The notes beneath the pieces are model-generated. The model saw only the letters and a program-made list of their open reading frames with translations, was not told where the DNA came from and did not search any database. The position numbers and the translations under genes are program-made. Positions 54,001-64,000 of a stretch of DNA of 64,000 nt are shown here, piece by piece. The stretch is from Lingula anatina (lineage: Eukaryota; Animalia; Brachiopoda): positions 49,110,401 through 49,174,400 of the forward strand of contig CM120641.1 in assembly GCA_051362555.1 (NCBI GenBank), written 5' to 3'. How positions within the stretch are numbered: position 1 is the first letter of the stretch; every line of letters starts with the position of its first letter.

Positions 54001-57000
54001 ATGTCAGGATATTATACCAAAAAGAAAAATAAGTCTTGTTCAATTGTTTATCACAGGTCACCATTTCAGTTATATTTACAATAAATTTAAATTGACTTGC
54101 ATGTTTTTATCCTTTCTACACAGCAGTTATAAATACACAAATTTAAATATTTAGATTGATGTTCTAGCTGACTTGTAATATTTCCAGTCTACTGATGTGA
54201 CAGCCTACAAACTGAAGGAAGAGGTAGACGAGGCAGGAAACAGACTCATGTTTTTGTTGGATTATGCTATATTTGAAGGTAAGAATTATTTTCCTGATTA
54301 TTATTCATTTCTAAGAGGTAAACTTTTGATTTTCTTATGTTTTTTTTTCTCCAAGAAATACTGAAGTACCTGAAACACAGTGTGTCCTGTGCCATGGTAT
54401 CGCCTCCCTTACTATATCTGCTCATTAATAAAATGTATGTTATTGTAGCTGAGGACTTGAAGATTAACAGCAAAGTGTTCAAGTGGCCCAAGTCAGTGGG
54501 TAAAGTGTTTGAGTTGGCCCAGGGACGTATCTCTAACAGACGGGAACAAGTCGAGGAGGCAGTCAGGGCCAAGACACAGGCCTTTGAACAGAAACTCACT
54601 GAGTACAACAAGGAAGTGGAGTCATTCCGCAAGAAAGAGGTATGGATTCTGAAGTAAAACATTCAAAAACTTCTTGGAAGAATAGTTACAATTTGCTACT
54701 GGTAATAAATCCATTAGTATAAATGAGGGGTCGTATTTATATCATTTTTATGGTGAGTATGAAGAGATAAAATTTTGTGCCTCTCTTTTTGTGCCAAATT
54801 GATTTTTGTTTGACTGAAATTATGTTGAAATATCTGTATCGTTTGACTTTGTTATTGACCTATGTTGTTCCTGTTACTGTTACAATGGTGTGTATATTAT
54901 ATTGTAGATTATGAGTCCAGAGGAGATGAAGAACAATGTGGAGACCCTGACCAAGCTTCATGACAACCTGGAGGCCGCACGTGATGAGCTGGAGGCCATT
55001 AATGAGGAGGAACGCCTGCTGGAGTGGGAACTGAGCACCTTCCCCATTCTACAGGCCATGTTCTCAGCCAAGGAACCCTATGATAAACTCTGGAAAACTG
55101 CCCTCAACTTCCACCAGAAGAATGACATTTGGACCAATGGTAGGTTGAAGAAATATATACAATCTGTAATGCACTATACATAATACTGCACTACACCATA
55201 GACAACATTTTACCAGATTGTCTTGCACTGGGGGTAGACCACCTCACCACAGAGATCCAAGCCTTACTGCAGACATTTTCATATAGATCTCATCAAAACC
55301 TTTTTACAACTGAAGCTATATGTTTTTAGTAGAACTATTTACAGAGCCAGTGAAACTATAAAGACAGTTATGGTTTTCAGGTCCATTCCTTGGTCTGAAT
55401 GCTGAGGAGATAGAGAATGAGATCAGTGATATGTACAGAACAATGCACCAGTTGACCAAGAAGTTTGCTGACCAGGCAGGACCTAAGAGGATTGCAGAAG
55501 CCAATAGGAACAAGATTGACAAGTTCAAGCAGAACCTGCCTATACTGCACACTATATGTAACCCTGGTATCAAGGACAGACACTGGCAGTTGGTGAGTAT
55601 ATTCCACATGTAAAACAAGTGTTGCTATAACAACTATATCCACGGGTGGGTGCCAGCATGAGGTCAGGATTTGTCACATGTTTAATGTTTATTATAGTAA
55701 TCATACAAATAAAATGCACATCATTGTACATAACAAATGTTTCCATGAGTGAGATATACACTGTGATTAAGTGCTGTATACAGTGGTGTCATAGTGCAGG
55801 GAATTATTATTATGGTTGCTTTCTATATTTGTAGATGAGTGATGCTGTTGGGATGAACATCAGACCAGAACCTGAGACCTCTCTTAACCAGATGTTAGAG
55901 TATGGACTGACCAAACACATTGAAAAGTAAGTTATTTTTTTCATATAGTACACACTGAAAGCACTATATTATCAGGATGAAGACAAAGAGGGTTATTTGT
56001 TTTATATGATCAAAATAATATTCTTTATGCTGTGCAATACACATATTGCTGTTTTTGACAAATTTTCATTTGATACGGTGTCATTGTTTTTCCACATCAA
56101 AGCTCTGACTCACATTTTTATGATCAGTTTATGTCATTTGTATCTTCCATTGTGTCTTGTCTTGGCAGGTTGGAAGAGATAGGTGGCGCTGCTAGCAAGG
56201 AGTACTCCCTGGAGAAAGCTCTGGAGAAGATGAAGTTTGAATGGCAAGATATGCAGTTTGAGTTTGTGCCCTATAGAGATTCTGTAAGTGATTCATTAGT
56301 TTGTTCCTATAGAGACTCTGTAAGTAATTCATTAGTATGTGTGTCTACTTATATTTCATAATTCTATAAGAATATTTCATTGTTCAGGAATTGTGGATGC
56401 AGAAGTTTTTGGGTAAATTATTGACAAACAATTTGGCAAGGAATAAAGTTGTGTACAGTAGTTAACATTTCACATTTCAGGGTGTGAGTATTCTAGCTGT
56501 CAGCAGTGGATGAGGTCCAGATGTTGCTAGATGACCACACTGTAAAAGATGTCCTTACAGTAGTTTACATATCATATTTCAGGGTGTGAGTATCCTGTCA
56601 GCAGTGGATGAGGTCTAGATGTTACTAGATGACCACATTGTAAAAGATGTCCTTACAGTAGTTTACATATCATATTTCAGGGTGTGAGTATCCTGTCAGC
56701 AGTGGATGAGGTCCAGATGTTACTAGATGACCACATTGTAAAAGATGTCCTTACAGTAGTTTACATATCATATTTCAGGGTGTGTGTATCCTGTCAGCAG
56801 TGGACGAGGTCCAGATGTTGCTAGATGACCACATTGTAAAAGATGTCCTTACAGTAGTTTACATATCATATTTCAGGGTGTGTGTATCCTGTCAGCAGTG
56901 GACGAGGTCCAGATGTTGCTAGATGACCACATTGTCAAGGCTCAAACCATGCAGGGGTCACCATTTGTCAAACCATTTGAGGCAGAGATGAAAGAATGGA

Positions 57001-60000
57001 CAGAGAAACTGCTACTTATGCAGGATATTCTGGACTCTTGGCTCAAGGTAGGTACTGAGATGTCTTAGTAGATTGTTTTTTTTCAAGTGTGTTTAAATTG
57101 AAGTTATATATATAACAATGCTGATTGGCTGTACCTGGAGCTTATATTGTAGTTGTTGTGATATGACACCCGGTGTGGCATGTAGACAATACATAGACTA
57201 ATACACTACATATCATGGTGTCTCTTTCTATTCAGTGTCAAGCCACCTGATTGTACTTGGAGCTATTTATATGATATAATACATATGATACTATTTCAGT
57301 GTCAAGCCACCTGGGTGTACTGGAAGCTATATATATATATATATATATGATATGATATTGTATATATGATATTATTTCAGTGTCAAGCCACCTGGCTGTA
57401 CTTGGAGCCTATCTTCAGCTCTGAGGACATCATGGCTCAGATGCCAGAGGAGGGCAGGAAGTTTGGTATAGTAGACAGCTACTGGAAGGACATCATGACA
57501 GAGTCTGTGAAGGATCCTCACTGTTTGGTGGCCACAGCTCAGAACAACATGCTGGGGAGACTGAATGAGTCCAATGTGCTACTAGAGGAGATCCAGAAAG
57601 GACTGAATAACTATTTGGAGAAGAAGAGACTGTTCTTCCCAAGGTAAGTCTGAGATATTAAATAACTATTTGGAGAAGAAGAGACTGTTCTTACCAAGGT
57701 AAGTCTGAGATATTAAAGAACTATCTGGAGGAGAAGAGACTGTTCTTCTCTAGGTAAGTCTGAGATATTAAATAACTATCTGGAGAAGAAGAGACTGTTC
57801 TTCCCAAGGTAAGTCTGAGATATTAAATAACTATCTGGAGAAGAATAAACTGTTCTTCCCAAGGTAAGTCTGAGATATTAAATAACTATCTGGAGAAGAA
57901 GAGACTGTTCTTCCCAAGGTAAGTCTTAATTCCCGAATGTCTGATGATATAAGGAGGGAAGTAACTACCTACACAAACTAGTCAGTGTTATGTAATGCCT
58001 GATAATGCTGTAGCAGAGAAGTTAGAGGTCTAGGAACATTAAATTAGTATATAGTAAATTATTAACTGGTGAGCCAAGTAAGATGATGAAATACCCTATT
58101 TGCAAATGTCAAGTTTTAGATCAGTAAAAATCAAGGCATCTGCTGGTATAATAGATCTGACCTTTGACCTATAATTTACTTAGGTTCTTCTTCCTGTCCA
58201 ATGATGAGTTGCTGGAGATCTTATCAGAGACCAAGGACCCGACCCGCGTCCAGCCTCACCTGAAGAAGTGCTTTGAAGGCATCGCCAAGCTGGAGTTTAC
58301 TGAGGAACAGGAGATTTTGGGGATGATCTCTGCTGAGAAGGAGACAGTGCCTTTTGTCAGTAAAATCGTACCAGCTAAGGCCAAGGTGAGCACACCTGTT
58401 TGAATGATTTCTGGCTAAAACGGTGCCATTTGTCAATAAGACTGTACCAGCTAGGTGCAGCATATTTTATTATTTATGGCTAAGGCAGATGTAGTATTGG
58501 CATCAGATTTATCTGTGAGTGTTGTTATATTATTAAATGCTGTTCAGGTTATAGTGCTGTGTATTTGTAGGGCATGGTGGAGAAATGGCTGATTCAGGTG
58601 GAAGAACAGATGTTAAAGAGTGTACGTGATGTGATCAGCAAGGCAGTCAAGGGTTACCAAGAGACACCAAGGAACAAGTGGGTATTGGAGTGGCCTGGTC
58701 AGGTTGTCATCTGCACCAGCTCCATCTACTGGACATCTGAGGTGACCGCAGCCATGAAGGAGAAGAATGGAATGAAGGTAATAGTTGTAGATACGCTGGG
58801 CTTCAATTAATGGAGTTTGCTGATGTAGCATATCCTCACTTCTTTGTAGATCACAAGGATCTGTTTTACAATCTGTGATGATAGAATTTGAAACATTCCA
58901 TTCTGTTAACTCGGGTTATATTGCTAATATTTGTACTATAAATTATTATTGCCATTAGCAACCTTACTGTGTTTTGAGTTACTGTCATATTTGATAATGT
59001 TCTCAAAAATACCTAGATATGAGAGTTAGTGTAATTTACAGAAGCACACGGACTGCAATATTGAACATCAAATAATGCCTAATTTGCAGAAATATCTAGT
59101 GAACAGTTTATAAACATGATTTCTATTGTTTATAGAAATACCTAGATAAGAGTAATGAGCAGTTGGTTGAGATAGTAGAGCTGGTGAGAGGGAAGCTGGA
59201 TGGGGGTGCCCGTGTCACCCTGGGAGCTCTCACTGTCATTGATGTCCATGGTGAGGATAAGATTTATATTGTTCTCCTTTTTTATCATTGATTTATATTG
59301 TACTACTTTCTTATCATTGATTTAGTTCTTATGTCAATTTGATCATTATTACAAAGTAACACATTGTATGAGTATTCAGCAGAATGCATTAATCAGGCTA
59401 GGCTAAAAATGAAAAAGAATCTTAAATGAAAACAATAAAATAAGCCATCTTAATCTCTGTATGTACATTTATCTTTCTAGCTCGTGATGTTGTCAGTAGT
59501 CTGGCAGAGAATAACGTCACCAGTGCCAATGCCTTTGATTGGTTGAGCCAGCTACGCTACTACTGGGAGAAAGATGTCATTGTCAGGATGATCACTACAG
59601 ATATTAACTATGGCTATGAATATCTGGGCAACTCTGCACGTCTTGTCATCACAGCACTGACAGATAGGTGTTACAGGTATATTTCTAGCAATAAACATAC
59701 TAATCTGTATTGAGTGTTAGGCAAATTTTATTAAGTTGTTTGTTTGTGCACATATTCATGTGGTATACAGTGTAAGTCAGTGTATTCAGCTAGTTGTTTG
59801 TGTGTGCGTGTGCATTTGATGAGTATATCCCTTGTCTTTCAGGACATTGATGGGCGCCCTGAAATTGAATCTAGGTGGCGCTCCTGAGGGACCTGCTGGT
59901 ACAGGGAAGACAGAGACCTGCAAGGATTTGGCTAAGGCTGTGGCTAAACAGGTAATTTAATTTGGCTAGGTTGATTTGGATAAGACTGTGGCTAAACAGG

Positions 60001-63000
60001 TAATTTAATGTGGCTAAGGCTGTGGCTAAACGGGTAATTTGATTTGGCTAAGGCTGTGGCTAAACAGGTAATTTGATTTGGCTAAGATTGTGACTGAACA
60101 GGTAATTTAATTTGGCTAGGGCTGTGGCTAAACAGGTAATTAGATTTGGGTAAGGTAGTGGCTAAACAGTTAATTAGATTTGGCTAAGGCTATGGCTAAA
60201 CAAGTAATTTGATTTCCTTATGCTATGAATGAACAGGCAGTTCAACACAATGTTACTAGTCACAGCTAACACAATCTGCTCTCTGTTTCAGTGTGTTGTG
60301 TTCAACTGCTCAGATGGTTTGGACTACAAGGCCATGGGGAAGTTCTTCAAAGGTCTGGCACAGGCTGGGGCCTGGGCATGCTTTGATGAGTTCAACAGAA
60401 TAGAGTTAGAAGTGCTGTCTGTAGTTGCTCAACAGATCCAATGTATTCAGCAAGCCATTGGCAACAGACTGAAGAGGTTCATCTTTGAAGGCACTGAGCT
60501 CACACTGGATCCCTCCTGCACCATGTTTATTACCATGAACCCTGGATATGCAGGGCGCCAGGAACTGCCAGATAACTTGAAGGTGAGTTCACCATGAATC
60601 CTGGATACACAGGGCGCCAGGAACTGCCAGATAACTTGAAGGTGAGTTCACCATGAATCCTGGATACGCAAGGCACCAGGAACTGCCAGATAACTTGAAG
60701 GTGAGTTCACCATGAATCCTGGATACGCAGGGCACCAGGAACTGCCAGATAACTTGAAGGTGAGTTCACCATGAACCCTGGGTATGCAGGGCACCAGGAA
60801 CTGCCAGATAACTTGAAGGTGAATTTATGTATTACTGTAACCAGGAGTCCATCTGAATATGTTTATGTGATAACTTGAAGGTGAGATCAGCTTCATATAT
60901 TGTACACCCACCTTTTACACCTTACAACACAGCTCTGTAGATTTATCTTTGGAAATCCATTCATCCAGTCCACTACATAGTACTCATTGTGTAATTGTAT
61001 GCTGTAGGTGCTGTTCCGTACTGTGGCTATGATGGTGCCAGACTATGGGCTGATTGGTGAAATCTCCCTCTACTCTGTAGGATTTGTAGATGCTAGGAGG
61101 TAAGACTGTGGACATACATCTAAACCACTATCACAGCTAACATGCCTTTGACATTGAATTATGAATACAGGTTTATTAAGATAGTGCTGTATGGTATTAA
61201 AAGCTCTCTTTATCAATATGTTGTTTAACATAGAAGTATATCTGATATCTGTTATAACTCTCCATGGTTATGTATTTCCATAGCTTGGCTGGTAAGATTG
61301 TTGCTACCTATCGCCTGTGTTCGGAGCAGCTGTCGTCACAGCATCACTACGATTATGGCATGAGAGCCGTCAAGTCCGTCCTCACTGCTGCTGGCAACTT
61401 AAAACTCAAGTACCCAAAAGAAGATGAGCCCGTCCTACTGCTCAAAGCTATCAAAGATGTCAACTTACCAAAGTTCTTGGCACAGGTTAGTGGCGGCTGA
61501 ATTGAGACTTTCTCTGTTTTATTTTCATTTATATTTTTAAGATTACAAAAGTAGACAAGCAGTATCTTTTGTTGTATTAATATCTGAATGTCTAACTTGA
61601 TTTATATTTATCAGTTTCATCAACATTGGATAGCGCTATCCACTGGATAACACTATCCATTAAGTAATATTGTTATCCTCTGGGCAATTATCCTGTGGGT
61701 AAATTAATGTTTAACAAACACTAGATACTTATTTTTGTCTCTAATATTGCTTTCAAGTGGTTAAAAGAGGCTGCTATCCTCAAGAAAACTGTCCAGAGGA
61801 TAACAATTCTACCCAAAGGATTGTGTTATCCATAAGATAGCGCTATCCAGTGTTGATGAAACTGGACCCAGGACCTGACCACGACATTTTATATTTATTT
61901 TTAGGATGTTCCACTATTTGAAGGAATCATCTCAGATTTGTTCCCAGGAGTTTCCCTGCCCAAACCTGACTATGACATTTTCCTGGATGCTCTCAGAGAC
62001 AACATTGCTAAGAAACATCTCCAGCCAGTGCCATGGTTTATTGATAAGATTATCCAGGTTTGTCACTTGTAGCATTGTCATGAAAACAGCTTTCCAAAAA
62101 TGTAACTGAGGATAGATGTATACTTCTATTCCAAATTTTATCAGTGGTTTGCCATTCAGATGCATTTACCCATTTTAAAAATTGGACTAAATTCTGTTAA
62201 CTGTGGCAGAGATTTTTAAAGAATGGCAGTATTTTATACTTGTATGTCTTTCTAAAAAAATTCTTTGTTAATCCTTAGGTCTATGAAATGATCCTTGTGC
62301 GTCATGGTCTGATGATAGTTGGTGAGCCTCTTGGAGGGAAGACGTGTTCCTACCAGGTGCTGGCAGATGCCCTCTCTGACCTCCATGCTGCTGGGATGAT
62401 GGAAGAGAACAAAGTGATGTACCGCATCATCAACCCTAAAGCTATCACCATGGGACAGCTGTATGGATGCTTTGACCCTGTGTCACATGAGTGGTCTGAT
62501 GGTAAGATGATGACTTCAACTTTCTTTATTACCACACTTCTACTTAACTAAAAAAACTTAAAGTGTCTAGTTCCTGTTAAATTGATTTAAGGTATGAACA
62601 TGTTTAATATCAGTGGGACTGAAAACAATGAGAGCTGTATGTGTCTTTTCTCAGGTGTTCTTGCCAACACATTCAGAGAGTTTGCAGTGAACCCTAGTGA
62701 TGACAGGAAGTGGATTCTGTTTGACGGTCCTGTAGACGCTGTCTGGATTGAGAACATGAATACAGTACTGGATGACAATAAAAAGGTGGGTAACTGACAT
62801 ATATTGACATATGTATACTGACACAACACAAGAAGACATGAGCACAAGTAACACAATATGATTGAGAACATGAACACAGCACTGGATGAGAATAAGAAGG
62901 TGGGTAACTAACATATACTGACAAAACACAAGAGCAAATGCATCCAAATGATTACAATATCACATCAAACACATTTTCTTACTTCCTTTCAGTTATGTCT

Positions 63001-64000
63001 AATGAGTGGTGAGATCATTCAGATAATTACAATATCACATCAAACACATTTTCTTACTTCCTTTCAGTTATGTCTAATGAGTGGTGAGATCATTCAGATA
63101 ATTACAATATCACATCTAACACATTGTCTTCCTTCCTTTCAGTTATGTCTAATGAGTGGTGAGATCATTCAGATAATTACAATATCACATCTAACACATT
63201 GTCTTCCTTCCTTTCAGTTATGTCTAATGAGTGGTGAGATCATACAGATGAGTAACACCATGAACCTGATATTTGAGCCAGCAGACCTGGAGCAGGCGTC
63301 TCCAGCCACAGTCAGCAGGTGTGGAATGATCTACCTGGAACCTCATCAGCTGGGATGGAAGCCCTCTAAGCAGTCTTATATGGAGCATGATCTCCCTAAG
63401 AACCTGACAGCTGATGAGTCTGGGATGGTGAATGATTTGTTTGAGTGGCTGCTGGACCCCTGTCTGGAGTTCCTGAGACATGAGTGCAAGTTCTACATCA
63501 ATACATCCCAGATCCACCTGGCCCGCTCCATGATGAGGCTGTACACCTGTCTTCTGGATGAGATAGCTCTGTCTGGTACTGAGGGACAGGAACAGTTAAC
63601 TAGCCAACAGGTAAAAGGATATTTTCACGCCAAAACTGTGACATCAGTTTTGATTTCTGAAAAAAAAAAAGGAATTATGTTTGGATTGCAAGGGTTTAAC
63701 TGATGTTTTAAAAACATTGACCAAGAATAAAACTTCCACATAATCTATGATTTTATGTTAATCAAATAATTAATGAGAAATCTCTGATAATCTGTGTGTT
63801 TCAGATCACCCTGTGGCTCCAGGGGTTGTTTTTGTTTGCCCTGGTCTGTAAGATAATTAACAATCTCTGATAATCTGTGTGTTTCAGATCACCCTGTGGC
63901 TCCAGGGATTGTTTTTGTTTGCCCTGGTCTGTAAGATAATTAACAATCTCTGATAATCTGTGTGTTTCAGATCACCCTGTGGCTCCAGGGGTTGTTTTTG
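48058..64000 (+). CDS. DNAH3: Axonemal inner-arm dynein heavy chain 3, multi-exon, 3' part beyond window
   Basis: N-terminal LPPLP..LYQ and [20 protein letters not shown] match DNAH3 as I recall it; [37 protein letters not shown]1 [26 protein letters not shown]2 [22 protein letters not shown]. Confidence 0.9.
50020..50110. repeat. 18-bp x5 intronic minisatellite just after a DNAH3 donor
   Basis: gacat(a/t)gtgttatgtgtg repeated. Confidence 0.85.
50930..51142. mobile_element. MITE family B, second copy
   Basis: tgcattcccatagattttagatcgatct / agatcgatctaaatctgtgggaatgca TIRs; flanks tga and tca. Confidence 0.88.
51324..51468 (+). repeat. 74-bp x2 near-perfect duplication spanning a DNAH3 donor
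   Basis: cactgagtttgagtccc..ctaagag|gtgagtta, donors at 51387 (real) and 51461. Confidence 0.95.
52333..52575. mobile_element. Diverged relative of MITE family B
   Basis: ttcccatagat start, tctcacta, gctta.atgtc, gcctacta, tctggaaatgg end shared with the other two copies. Confidence 0.6.
53184..53360 (+). repeat. 93-bp x2 diverged duplication starting at a DNAH3 donor (mostly intronic)
   Basis: g|gtttgaaa.caca..ttaaccaatgtttc at 53188 and 53281. Confidence 0.8.
53613..53693 (+). repeat. 39-bp x2 duplication spanning a DNAH3 donor
   Basis: aataa.gg|gtgagt.aactggaca.tacttttaatatgt, donors at 53621 and 53660. Confidence 0.9.
56270..56340 (+). repeat. 36-bp x2 in-frame duplication spanning a DNAH3 donor
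   Basis: cctatagaga.tct|gtaagt.attcattagt, donors at 56284 and 56320. Confidence 0.9.
56454..56936 (+). repeat. 98-bp x5 array spanning a DNAH3 acceptor
   Basis: atttcag|ggtgtg exon-like starts at 56481, 56583, 56681, 56779, 56877 (real). Confidence 0.97.
57120..57412 (+). repeat. Decaying copies of a DNAH3 acceptor junction
   Basis: ttcag|tgtcaagccacctg at 57236, 57300, 57381 (real); remnant tggctgtacctggagc near 57127. Confidence 0.85.
57606..57926 (+). repeat. 55-bp x6 array spanning a DNAH3 donor
   Basis: ctgttcttcccaag|gtaagtct, donors at 57644 (real), 57699, 57754, 57809, 57864, 57919. Confidence 0.97.
58347..58456 (+). repeat. Decayed copy of a DNAH3 exon end after the donor
   Basis: gtgccttttgtcagtaaaatcgtaccagcta vs gtgccatttgtcaataagactgtaccagcta. 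Confidence 0.7.
59925..60215 (+). repeat. About 34-bp x8 array spanning a DNAH3 donor
   Basis: gatttggctaaggctgtggctaaacag|gtaattt; real donor 59952; the last copies are degraded. Confidence 0.95.
60532..60886 (+). repeat. 59-bp x5 array (plus remnant) spanning a DNAH3 donor
   Basis: gataacttgaag|gtga at 60583 (real), 60642, 60701, 60760, 60819; remnant at 60881. Confidence 0.97.
61612..61871. mobile_element. MITE family A with long TIRs
   Basis: cagtttcatcaacattggatagcgctatc / gatagcgctatccagtgttgatgaaactg, plus subterminal ggataacac/tgttatcc and tgttatcctctgg/ccagaggataaca. Confidence 0.85.
62746..62935 (+). repeat. 114-bp x2 duplication spanning a DNAH3 donor
   Basis: gattgagaacatgaa.acag.actggatga.aataa.aag|gtgggtaact, donors at 62786 and 62900. 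Confidence 0.9.
62951..63249 (+). repeat. 75-bp x4 in-frame array spanning a DNAH3 acceptor
   Basis: ttcctttcag|ttatgtctaatg at 62993, 63068, 63143, 63218 (real); 25-aa repeat with no stop. Confidence 0.97.
63779..64000 (+). repeat. 83-bp x3 or more array spanning a DNAH3 acceptor (truncated by window end)
   Basis: gtgtgtttcag|atcaccctgtggctccaggg at 63805, 63888, 63971. Confidence 0.93.

Overview
AT-rich, intron-rich animal genomic DNA (invertebrate, probably a mollusc; taxon not provable from the sequence). It holds seven spliced genes: VWA3A (-, 3' end runs off the window), regucalcin (+), DPY30 (-, missed by the ORF track), symplekin (-), a family-S28 serine peptidase (+), EAPP (-) and axonemal dynein heavy chain DNAH3 (+, runs off the window). 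It also holds three MITE families and a pol-less LTR element with an intact 374-aa ORF. The dominant unexplained signal is that about 30 tandem duplications or arrays (units about 33-116 bp, 2-11 copies, counted by eye) each copy an exon/intron junction into the adjacent intron, against only about 4 minisatellites unlinked to junctions. Many donor-array units reach only about 3-15 nt into the intron, whereas acceptor-array units take about 20-45 nt. Several arrays are in frame and stop-free, some introns consist almost wholly of such copies, and the CpG-rich regucalcin gene has none. This suggests a splicing- or gene-body-linked duplication process and a strict rule for choosing the exon-proximal site. 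All coordinates were read by hand.
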